Source: Tubulanus polymorphus
Lineage: Eukaryota; Animalia; Nemertea
Assembly (NCBI RefSeq): GCF_964204645.1
Contig: NC_134030.1
Location: forward strand, 22,776,210 to 22,840,209
DNA: 64,000 nt
Reading direction: 5' to 3'
Under the pieces are notes generated by a model that worked only from the letters and a program-made list of their open reading frames with translations, was not told the DNA's origin and made no database searches. Shown in pieces: positions 26,101 to 37,700 of this stretch; positions within the stretch are counted from its first letter, which is position 1; each line of letters starts with the position of its first letter. A program made the position numbers and the translations under genes.

Positions 26101-29100
26101 CGCGCTTGTCTTTGATTTCATGTTGTAATTCGTCATATTTACCTGTTTATAAGTTGTTTGTGATGTCAGTGATTTTCTATATTGATAGATTCTAAACTAC
26201 ATGAATTAGCCGATAAAGAGTTTGAAGATAGGAAATTAGGTACTGTACACATGACAAAGTGTGAAATTCAACATGTTTTATGTTTAAATTTTATCAATGT
26301 TTATTATCGATGTTTATTACAGTCATTAGAGATGCATCAGTCGAACGTGTAAAGACACCTGAAGAAATAGTCACGCTAAAACTGAATATGCCGGACCAAC
26401 TCCGCACTGGTAAGTGATTATACAGTGAAGTGGTACTGTTTGAATTGGAAAATGAATTATGAATATTTTGAAAAGTTGAGAGCGAGGCAAATCAGTTCAT
26501 TACAAATTTTCTGTGTTTTTTAATCGTTTATTCAATTTTTGTAGAGTTGGATTCAGCTGGTCGGGATCCAGTTATTCTGTCGGATCGAGCAGGTATTGTA
26601 TAAGTCTGTTATTAATCTAACCTGTTTAAAAATTTAATACAGTGAAAATGAATTGCGAGTAATTTTGACAAGTTAAGAACGAGACAAATCGGTTCATTAC
26701 AAATTTTCTGTGTTTTTAAATCGTTTATTTAATTTTTGTAGAGTTGGATTCAGCTGGTCGGGATCCAGTTATTTTATGGGTTCGAGCAGGTATTGTATAA
26801 GTCTGTTATAAATCTAACCTGTTTAATGCCACTGATCTCACCATGTATTTCATCGGTCCCAACAGTGGCTGGCTTGATATACTTTTTCTGTAATAACGGA
26901 ATTTTCAGCTTCTTAGGAGCACTAGCCTGGAATATTCTGCAACTGATCTTTGTCCCTCAAAAGACGGTTAACTCTCTTAAGTCCTTCTTGCAAAAAGTCC
27001 TTAATCTGATCATTTAGGAATTACTAGAAAATGTTCTTCTATTTTAAACTCGATTATGAAGAGCAGATCCTGAAAATAGTTTTTCTAACCCGGATTTACT
27101 GGTCTAAATAAATGAAGTTTTAAATTGAAACCAAGCTCAATGAATGTAGTGTCTATGTTTGCTGTTTTTATGTGAATTTCAGTGGAATATTTCAAGGATG
27201 AATTCATTATTGCAATACAATCTGATGAATCATTGAAAACTGCTACTCAAACTGCTTTAGATAAAAGTAAGTTACATCTACAGTAAACTACATTTACATC
27301 TACAATAAACTACATTTACATCTACAGTAAACTACATTTACATCTACAGTAAACTACATTTACATCCACAGTAAACTACATTTACATCTACAGTAAACTA
27401 CATTTATATCTACAGTAAACTACATTTACATCTACAGTAAACTACATTTACATCTACAGTAAACTACATTTACATCTACAGTAAACTACATTTACATCTA
27501 CAGTAAACTACATTTACATCTACAGTAAACAACATTTACATCTACAGTAAACTAAATTTACATCTACAATTAGATAGAGTTATTCACTGAGATTTTCAAT
27601 CATTGAAATTTGTTTGTGGTTTTTTGAAGAATCAAGCAACATCAACGATTTGTTGAGGAAAGGAAACTCGAAAGGTAAAATTGTCTCATGAAACGTGGCT
27701 AGATGTTTGTTTTTACGCACTGAATAATTTCACTGTGTAAAATGATTCAATGATTTCTTCTAATTTCAGTTGTTGATAGAATTTATGGTGATGTGAAAAA
27801 CAGAATACAATCAATTTCTACAGGTTTGTATTTTGATAATTCACTATCAATTCTTATATTTAAATGTGAGATATATTCCCTCCTTTTTAGGTTTTTTCAT
27901 ATCGTATAATTGTTATGATATATCATTTCATTTATCATATGCATATCATGTCATATAACGCTAGCATATACAATATCATCAATCATATATCAAATATCAC
28001 TTATCTCATCACGTCATATCACATATCATATCATTTATGCTTGTAAAACGTAATGTTGAAGGTGATTAGTTTCATTTCATTTTTCATCACGGATTGATTT
28101 ATTTTTATTTCTATTTGTGATTTCAGAGGAATTAAAGGAACGAGGAATCATAGTCTATAGAAGTGAGTAAAATTCCTTAGTTTCAAGTTACCCGTAAACT
28201 CCTAACCTGTATATTCCTAACTCTTAACTCCTAACAGTGAGACTGAACTAAATTCAACCATAGTTAAAGTGAACTGTATGAATTGGCCTGTTTAGATCTA
28301 CTCAATATATGAATTATTGTTGTTTTCAGTAAACGATGAAACAGCGAGTAAGTACTGATAACAACTTACACATTAAAGTCTACATGAACAGATATATGAA
28401 ATGATATGATAAGTTGTGTTTTGATAGCTCTTAAATCCAATGAAACTACTCAGAGTGATTTACAGATGTTGCTTCCTTCAACAGGAAGTATTGGTAAAGA
28501 ACAACATGTTTCACTCTCCCTGCAGTAATCTATTGTGTTTATTCTGTTTCAGTGAAACATATTGAACCAATTATTGAAAACAGAATCCCACAGTTTAAAG
28601 GTGAATACATTATGTTGACTGTTAAGTGTTTAGTATACTAGCAAAGAACCGGCCGTCCTGTACGGGTTTTATCGTGATTGAGTTTGAGTTGATTATTTTA
28701 CTTCTCATGTGGAATACACAGTTATTTCGCGTAAGGTCGACTGTATTTTGTAGGAGGATATTGTGACGCGATAGCAACATAAATAGTTTACATCAGTTGA
28801 CATCATCATAGTTTATAAATATGTCCTTACTCTTCATTAGTTACATTTTAACATTTTATAATTTCAGATTCGCTAGTGACTGTTTTAAAAGAGAAATGTC
28901 AGGCTGTCAGTATTTCGTCATCTGAACCACACTGGGTTTATGATATATCTACTGCGTGTAAGTGCACAGTGAAATCAGTTTGTGATTTATAATAGAATTC
29001 TATTGTATAAAAATTTGTCTATTGTTTATTACATATAGTGTCTGAACTCAGTGAATTTACCGGTGAAACTTTAAAGACAAACACAGATTATTGGAGACAA

Positions 29101-31982
29101 GTCAAAGAATGTTTCGGTAATGGTTTCACTTCTGATTTTTTTTAATGATCAGATTTTTATGTTTTGAATAATAATTGTTTGTTCTGTTTGAATAGGAGAT
29201 GAAATTAACAGTGAAACAAATACAACTGAACTGACAGAAATAGGTGAATATAAAAAAAGATTCAGATAAACAAAAATATAGCATTGAATTTATTGAAGAT
29301 GAAATTCATCAATTTAATCAGATCTTTAGAGGCGTCTGTTTTGAAAGTCGTCACTCTTTGTTCATACTTTGTATCGATGTGAAAATTCATTTATTTATTT
29401 ATTTGTTTTCAGTTGACGAGTGTTTGGGTGAATGCACTGATAAATGGAATACTGGTGAGTACCTCGCATGAGTACCTCTCATGAGTGAATACCTTATTCG
29501 CTAACGCATGAGTATCTCTCACGAGTATTCCTCATGAGTACCTATCATGAGTACCTCTCTTGAGTACCCCTCATAAGCAACCCTCATGAGTATCCCTCAT
29601 GAGTACCTCTCATCATGGACGTATAAACGTATAATCTAGTTTATACGTCCATGCATATATTAACTATCGGGATATGTGATCAGTGTAGTGGTGAGTACAT
29701 GAGTATCAAATAGAAACCCTTAACTGAGTACCCGACCCTGGTACCTGAATTGTGTAATTTGAATGATGTAATTCAGTGCAAACTAAACCAGTTTTTCTGT
29801 GAACTAATGTTTCATGTTTTGATATTTGTAGACTATTTTAAGAACAACAAGATGATTGTAGAGACAGGTAAATATTGTATAGCTCTGATATTCAGCCCAG
29901 TACTGCCCCCTGGTGACTGTATGAGATGTAACTATTCTGTTATTTGTATTTTAGACGAGATTGTTGATGAGATAAAACGCGAATATTTTCAAACTCCCGA
30001 ATTTAGAAGTAAGTTTCCAATAAAATCAGAACCTGTTTTAACAACCAGAACTCAAATATGAATATCTGTATGTATTGTATTATTATTTATAGGATCAGTT
30101 GAGACTGCATTGAATGAAGCTATCGAGAATTCAGGTAATTGAATATTTCCAATAAATTAATTTCCAATTAATTTTTCAATGAAAATTTTGAATTGACTTC
30201 AGAATTGAGTTCAGTTTGGCTGAAAGTGTATGTTTTTATTGTATTAACATATTCCATGTTTACAGATAAATCAAAACAAAACAAAAAACCAGACTATGAA
30301 GCTGCAGGTTTGTAAAACTCTTATTTCTACTAATTTGACCTGACGAATTTCACAGATAAGAAAACTGATTTTGAAATATGTCAGTTATTTCAATTTCCAT
30401 GGTTTCTCGTCGTTACTAGCGTGGTAGTCACCCTTATTGATGATTTACCCCTTAGGGTAACTTTTAAACGTGGTCTATGAAACCAGGAAGATTATGTAAT
30501 ATTCTGTTCAGAATTATATCTTATCATTATTTCAGTGAAATGGATAGCTGATGAAATGAAAGGTAAATTGACTGATAATAAATACTAAATTTCGTGATGA
30601 GTTTGTGTTGATGTTTACAGAATCATTTCTAATTTCAGGTTTCACGGTTAAACCATCTGCAACTTCAGGTATGTAATATTGTTTTATATCTATATATCTT
30701 GTGTGGGTGCCTCATCTGTCAGACAACTGGGCAGGAATTTGAGTAACAATTCACTAAATATCTTGATGTGTTTTCAGAACGTAATGAATTTGCTAAACTT
30801 GCACGAGCAAAAGGTAATGAATAAATTATGTGTTTTAAAATTGATGTTATCGATTTTGATAATGTTTTATGAGGTTACGTTTTCAATTTCTATTTCAGTA
30901 ATGAGTAAATCAGAAGAGTTGATGGATAAGATACGTGCTATAACAAATAAAGGTAATCAATATTGACTTCTATAAACATCTTACTGACTCAATAATTCCA
31001 TATTCATGAATTCATGTTTCCACATTCGTATAACATGTCTTATGGTTCCCAAACCGGAAATTTCAAAATAATATTTCCTGGCTCAAAATATTTGCGTTGT
31101 AAGTTGATAGATTTTCCTCTAGTTCTGGAAATATTTTTGAAATTCAATTTGCGCTTCGTCTTTCTTCGGTGATCTTTCTTGAAAATCACCTTCATCAACC
31201 AATCACCAGTAAAATGTTTATAGTTTGATGCATCAGTTTTTCGGGAATAATTTATTTCATTTTCAGCCGAATTAAGAAGGCTCGGTTTCCTGGTAGATGA
31301 TGAATAGAGTAAGTAAATCATACAGTCGTCACTTTCTGATTTAAACCATTTGATCGAGGTTAAACTAGTTTTGAGGTTAAATGGTTTGAAATGAAATAAA
31401 TTGATGAAATTTAGATGAAATTAAGTTCCATTTTCTCCTGGTTTATGAGGAATCCAGATTTAGAATCGTTTTCCATCAGAAACTAGTTGATTGTTAAAAA
31501 AAGAGTCGTAGAATTTAACCAAATCTCATAATCCGGATTTAACTGATCCTGATTAGGTTAATCCGGTATGGTTCTAATCTCTACTGAACAGTTTAAGAGA
31601 TAAATGAGCAACAATGTTCAATATCATAATATCAAAACTCTTAGAATAAAAAGAGTATGAATTTTTTCCTTAAGAAGATATTCATTCAACGTTTCAATAC
31701 TTTAAATAGCTAAAATATATATGAATAAACAGCATAAAAACAGTTACAAATTAAACAAATTAAGGAAACTTATAGAATACAACAGTGAATATAAGTTACT
31801 GATTGGATATCTAAAGCAGAACAAACTATAAGGTGTTTGTAATTGTATTTGATGTTTGGTTTATATTGTATTCATTTATAGGGCTTAGTAGAATGTTGAG
31901 AGATGATAGTCCTGGATCGATTGTTGATGATAGTAGTGATAGTAGTGATAGTAGTGGTATTGACCTAATGGTTTTATCCTAG
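14133..31982 (+). CDS. Type-B receptor B1: signal exon 14133-14220; Ig-like exons 14783-15073, 15940-16272, 16753-17022; TM exon 17876-17977; ~46 cytoplasmic micro-exons from 18059-18103 to 30899-30952; stop either in exon 31267-31308 (TAG 31305-31307) or in terminal exon 31882-31982
   Basis: Signal peptide MKNLIWLLILLLTISFHSEAVSVLNKRNT. Domain 1 has ITC...YKCVATNSAG (I-set-like). Domain 2 has CTCKA...KWY...QCRL. TM is VAGAVIGILILLILIILFIL followed by WRR. Every exon checked is phase 1-1 and a multiple of 3 with AG/GT ends, except one mutated donor at 25502 (e.g. 20386-20460, 22486-22515, 23973-23990, 25625-25780, 28868-28957). Indels against B2 that I compared are in frame. Confidence 0.8.
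14265..14830 (+). repeat. 82 bp tandem repeat spanning the intron/exon boundary of B1 Ig exon 1 (7 acceptor copies)
   Basis: gatatttcag|cacctgatggag with the AG ending at 14290, 14372, 14454, 14536, 14618, 14700 and 14782. Confidence 0.95.
16320..16720 (+). mobile_element. Interspersed repeat, probably a Penelope-like terminal remnant with a minimal hammerhead-like motif at 16620-16655
   Basis: ctgatga-a-gcttcta-ttcat-tagtagt-gaaa-gctt fits CUGAnGA / stem II / GAAA / palindromic stem III, followed by aataaa. The segment is absent from B2. Confidence 0.5.
18284..19560. repeat. Intronic minisatellite, 47 bp unit, ~27 copies
   Basis: agactggtcttaagttgttagattggttatagaaccaaaatgagctt, starts at 18331, 18378, 18425 and onward. 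Confidence 0.95.
20675..20785. mobile_element. Short hairpin MITE-like insertion
   Basis: Inverted arms agactagtattatctttaacccggggttaac / gttaacccccgggttaaagttaataccagtct. Not seen in the B2 intron. Confidence 0.55.
27273..27570. repeat. Intronic minisatellite, 22 bp unit (tacatctacagtaaactacatt), ~13 copies
   Basis: Period of 22 read directly. It starts immediately after the donor of exon 27183-27266. Confidence 0.95.
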
Positions 31983-32697
31983 AATCGAGTGAGATTTTAT
32001 ACGGAAAAAAAAATAAAAATGAAAGGAAAAAATGCGATTCAAATAAAATTTGTGATATTTAATTGAATAACTGTGGTCATATTAGTAAATTGATAAATTA
32101 ATTCATCAGCTCAATTGTGATAACATTAATCAATATGAACAGATATTATCTGCTTTTATCTCTTGTGTGAAAAATGAATAACATGTTCCTCGTTTTCCCG
32201 CGTCTCTGTTAAAACCTCTCGTTTTGATGTAGTCAGTGGAGGATCAGATTTGTTTGTAGGACTTATATACTGAAATGTGCTACACTGACTACTCAAATAT
32301 ACAGTGTAACTGATGAATTGTACATGAAATACTGAGTGCAACCTACGAGCAATTATCTAAGATAATTGTTAGATAATTGTTCGTAGGTGTAACTGAATTA
32401 TAGTCTAGATGAAATGCAGTGTAACTGAATTATTGTACCGTAGTTGAAATATAGTTTGTAATTATATATCGAGCAGAAATACATTGTAATTGAAATTACT
32501 TTTTACAAAATTATCAGCGGTCTTAGGAGGATTTACTAAAACTTCTCTCAATGCTGAATCTTACAATGTATAATTGTATTTTTATACAATGTAACTGGTT
32601 TAACGATATTACAATAATGTAAGTTAAAAACTGTACAAATTTATTAATGATTGACTTGATCAGTATTATTATTGAAAACAGTGATAAAATTCATTTT

Positions 32698-33722
32698 CAT
32701 GGGCTTGCATGCTTGCAAACCCATTGCTATCACACGGATTGGTAAGTTGCTTGGGGAGTCTATAACTTTCATTAGAACCTTTCTTAGGCTCTGATATTTA
32801 CACACATTTAATGCAGTAATAAAATCTAGGTTCCTTTCGTATATTGGCTATATCGGTTGTCGTTTTCATTGTTTTATGATTTTTTTAAATCGTTTTTGTT
32901 ATTTTAGCAGCGCATACCAACCTTGGTTGAGCGTGCGTGATCATTCTTGAAATTGGTATTCATGCGCGGCATAGTGCTGCCGGCAATTCAATTCATTCTT
33001 TATTGACACAAAATTTCACAATGAATCATTTTACTTTCACGTTTTGAAAAAATTCTGTCAATTTTCTTTTACTTTCATTTGGGCGCTTGCGTTAGCGGCC
33101 ATTTGTAAAATCTCTGTATGAACATCTTTATTTTTCATTTTAAATATTTAACTTAAAAACCGCTTTTCTGTGAAATAAATTCTGAATTGAATTGAAGACT
33201 GGTTGCCTGTCTCCAAAGATCCAGGGGGCGGTAGTCTATGGTGGCAATAAACTTTATCGGATGATCGTAGTGGATTGTCGTTTGAAGGAAATGTAACTTA
33301 TTCTCGCTTAATGTCTTTATTATTTTAAAAAAGAAAAATCATGGCTCTCATCTATATTTGTGTTCACTTCTCTTCACCTGAAGTCACTCGAGTTAGTCAC
33401 GTTTTTTCTTTCAGCTGTAAAATTTTCTAAGCAAAATCATTTCCACACAATCCGATAAATCAACATGATGATACATTCCGACACTACAATATTCAAATAA
33501 CAACTATCCAAAAGCTCGGTCCACGTCTACAATAAAACCATTCCGATTCCCAGTCCCCGTGTGTAACATTTCATGTAGTGATGTAAGACAACACCGATCA
33601 CTTAGATCTTTAACAAGTAATCAGTTCAAAGTTCGATTAATTCTACTACAGAAATACAAAACCACCAAGCACGCTTTCAGTACAACTATGTCAGCAAGCC
33701 CATTTTTAGAATTTCTTTCTTG
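32698..33722 (-). mobile_element. ~1 kb insertion with subterminal inverted repeats, Helentron/HINE-like non-autonomous element
   Basis: atgggcttgc (32699) / gcaagcccat (33694) plus terminal hairpin gggcttgcatgcttgcaaaccc, inserted in a T run. An empty site is visible in the duplicate flank at ~60055. Confidence 0.55.
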
Positions 33723-34029
33723 TTTTAAATAGTTTTGTAAGGATGCTTCTTTATGAAACCGATGATGTTAGATGCGGTTTGTACAACGAGAGAGACTAAA
33801 TGTTTTTCATAAAACCATGTACAATATTATAACTTATTGACATTTATGATAATTAGTGATTATCAGATTCTTTTAAGTAAGAAATTCTTATAAAATAAAC
33901 AAACTTTGATTCAAACCTTGTTATACTCGTTATAAGGTTTCATTTAAGAATAGCGATGGGATCATCGCACGTCATGTTGCATCTGAACCTTAAACATCTC
34001 GGGTTCTCTAAACATCTACGAATATAACA

Positions 34030-34268
34030 GCCAACACTCGAAAATAAACATCAACGAACAACTCGAAAATAAACATCAGCGAATATTACGGCCAACACGC
34101 GAAAATAAACATCAACAAACAACTCGAAAATAAACATCAGCGAATATTACGGCCAACACTCGAAAATAAACATTAACGAACACATCGAAAATAAAAATCA
34201 GCGAATATTACGGCCAACACTCGAAAATAAACATCAACGAACAACTCGAAATTAAACATCAACGAATA
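34030..34268. repeat. Short tandem repeat (actcgaaaataaacatca core, ~60 bp dimeric unit)
   Basis: The core is repeated about 8 times. Confidence 0.85.
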
Positions 34269-34302
34269 TAACAATCTTTAACAGTTGAATAATCAAACTT
34301 AC

Positions 34303-34377
34303 AGCGCATGAATGTATGTTCAGGGTTCGTAGATTCTGACAAAACTTCGCTAAATCTGAAATGCCTTCATCTGTCAA
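34303..34377 (-). pseudogene. Isolated 75 nt exon encoding one cysteine-containing leucine-rich repeat (F-box/LRR, FBXL-like)
   Basis: Minus strand cag|LTDEGISDLAKFCQNLRTLNIHSCA|gtaagt, which fits the LRR_CC pattern (iTD.gl..la..CpnLr.L.l..C). No neighbouring exons were found. Confidence 0.6.
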
Positions 34378-34774
34378 CTGAATATATACATTATCACTTA
34401 CAAACACATGAATGTAATATTTGTGCAATAAAGACACTTCCTGCATACGATGGGCCCTGGAATAATTTTAGAAATACGTGTTGAAACACATCTCTTATTG
34501 TTGTCAACTAGATTTACTTAGTACAGTTTTATTTACCGATGACTTTTCTTCCGCATCTATCAGGATGATCCGGCAGTCGATTTTTATAGATACGGTCATT
34601 TCATTCGGTGTGACATATAGAAAGGTGAGTGACTGAGTTAACTATACAGAAATGTCTCGAATGAAGAGAAACATCATTTGATTCATTTAAAAGTAAAACG
34701 GATAAAACGGGAAGAAACTGATTTTTTTTTGTGCGCAGAATTTTACTGGGAGTTTTTAGATCAGAATACTGAGA

Positions 34775-37700
34775 ATGATGTTGAAGAACTGTTTCGTACT
34801 AATGTGCGTCGTAGTTTTACTACAACTTGGAAATATACACAGTACAGAATTGTCTCTAATGAGGAGAAAGAGACGTAAGTTATTCAAATTATCAGTGACT
34901 CTTTCCTCTTGTTTAGTTTACGCGTAGTATAATCGTTCCACAAACTTAAAACATATCAATTATTTTCAGGTGTCACGCATATTGAACCTCGCCCAGTTCC
35001 CACGGGTCAACTCGACCGGAAAACCCAAGGACAAGATGTAAATTATTCTTGTGAAACAGAGATTGGAAAGTCGGATCGTTCGTTGATATTTCAACAGAAG
35101 AGTCGAGGTTCTGAATCATGGGGCCCGGTTCGAGGTGATATACAACTTCAAACAGATTCCAAAAGGAAATTTCTCGCTAACGCTGAGCTAAAATTCAAAG
35201 CTGATTTCAAACTTCACAACGGATCTTCATTTAGATGTCTTGTTATGGAGAACCCAAAATATCCCGAACCTATCCTGTTTGATACAATCGTAGTTCATCG
35301 AACTGGTAAGTAATAGTTCATTTCCTTATTGTTGTTATGCCATTGGCAAAGTAGATGAGATTAGAATCAATCAAAGCGCGTTTATAAGCATTACAACAAG
35401 ACAGTGAAGTGCGGACGTCGAACAGATTTTGAAAGCGCCCCGATTCAAATAAAATTCAAGTCTCCCTTATCCTAGAGGGGGACCTGGTGGATTACTAGGC
35501 TGATGGAATCAATTTATGATATGTGATGTAAGACGATCTTTTAAGCCCTTTTTAAAATTGTGCTTGTTTTTCATGAACATTGCTAGAAAATTGGCACTTG
35601 ACTGTTTATAATTATTATCGTTCGATTGTGTAATCAAGTGAATATTTCATTTTATATCAGCCCCCTTTTATATTGGCCACACATTTAGTATATATAACTC
35701 GTCGAACACTAGAATGTGGAGAACAGTGTCAGTTTGTTCGTGATGGTTTTGATAATCAGAGCAAATAAACTTCGCAAACTTCCTCATTCATCTTCGAATC
35801 AACAACACTGAAGTGATAACAGTTTATTATTCATGTCATATTCAGTTTCATAAACGTCGAAACGATAACCTGTGCGCTCAAACGTGGTGAACGGATAATA
35901 AGATATAAACCCACTATCTACAAATTAAAAGAATTTAAAAACAAGAATTTATTTGTTCAATCTAAAATATATAGAATACACGACGTTTCGATCTCACCCT
36001 AGAGATCATCGTCAGGTGAGATCATCGTCAGGTGTGACGCCTGTCATCTGACGATGATCTCTAGGGTGAGATCGAAACGTCGTGTATTCTATATATTTTA
36101 GATTGAACAAATAAATTCTTGTTTTTAAATTCTTTTAATCTGTAAATAGTGGGTTTTTATCTTATTAAACTGAAGTGACTTTTCAGAATATATATCGCTG
36201 CAAGTCTAGGCCCTCATTTTGGGTTTGAACCCGATACACTCAATTCAAAATTGATGAAAAAATAGTCTTGAAAGTAATTTGTAGATCCTTAATTTGATAT
36301 AATACAGTGACCTAGTTGTATAAAAGATAATCAGATTCGATATACCCACAATAAACATTGTTGTCATTTCTTGCATATTAATGATGCTGATGTCACGTGG
36401 TTAGTGTTGTGATGAAATCGTCGACTATTAGCCACTAAGGTTGGGAGATCGAAGCCTGATTCTTTTTAATTTTCGTTTCAGACAAAACGAATACTGATCT
36501 ACCAAAGGTGAGTATCTGGCTGTTAAACCCATACTATTGTTAAACTGTGTCCAGAAACAAATTGAACCCATACAACCCAACGACATGGGTTCATAGTCAA
36601 ACTAAACAAGCACAACTGTGAAACCTGGATCCAGAGTATCATCATTTTTTTGAAAGTTTAAGAAGTCGCTACATTGCGCAACAACTAGTAAATATCCCTA
36701 ACTTAAGACAATTTATGAATCTTTTTACATCACAAGACCCAAACATCTTGAGGAAGCTAGCAGTATTTATAAAAAAGGCACATAGCCTCATCTAGCCATC
36801 GCTGTGCACATCACGTGTATAATGATACGTCTAGAAGAAGTAACTGTCACTGTATATTATAAATGTAATTGGAGTAACCGTAATTGTATAACTGTAAATC
36901 GTTAATTTTTTGTATCCTGTGCTCGAAAAAAATGTATAATTTCTGGAGCAATAAATTAAATTTGAATCTGAGTAGAATAAAATGCACTTTTATAAATATA
37001 TCCTTAAAGTGAACGACTAATTGTAAGACAATTAGGTAAAGATGAGTACGATGTAATTTACCGCGCTTTTTAGATTCGTTACAGGTTGAATATTTTTTTC
37101 ACGTTTTCTAAATTTCTATGCGATTATATGGTCTTTCAAATTTTATTATTCTTACATCTTTCAGACTACATCAGACCTCGATCACCGGACCATCTACATC
37201 ACGTGTGGAGTGACTGGATTCATTTTGATCGTTCTCATCGCAGTATTCACTACTCGCAGGTACGAACTCGACCGGAAAACACGGCATACACTGTGTGTGG
37301 TTCCGTCGAAATACCTATTAACCCTTACCCTCAACAAAATGTTCATATCCACATGATCTCTGTTACGTCTAAAGATTGTGACAGAGTTGATACATTCTGC
37401 AATAAATCCCTTGATATAACACATTACTGCCCAGTTATTTCATACATTCAAGCAAGTTTTCGTTGGCAATAATCTAGAATATTTCAGAGTATTATGAAAA
37501 TGAGAGCATAAAAGGGCTAAAAGAGCTCGTTAGCAAAATGTTTGGTTGTAGTATTTTTTCTTATTTGGAATTCTACAAAAGCGGAACTAGATTTCCTGTG
37601 TGAAATTGTTAAGTTTCATACTCACATTAGATAAATCTTTAAGCATGATGAATTACATGATTACTATCATCACAAAGCCGTTACTTTTTATTGTGTAACT

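Noticed and set aside
4200-35305. Idea that A exons are an alternative 3' cassette spliced onto the upstream B ectodomain
   Set aside because: Each A has its own phase-compatible ATG/signal exon (4573-4660, 34775-34874), so A genes stand alone. Rare read-through splicing is not excluded.
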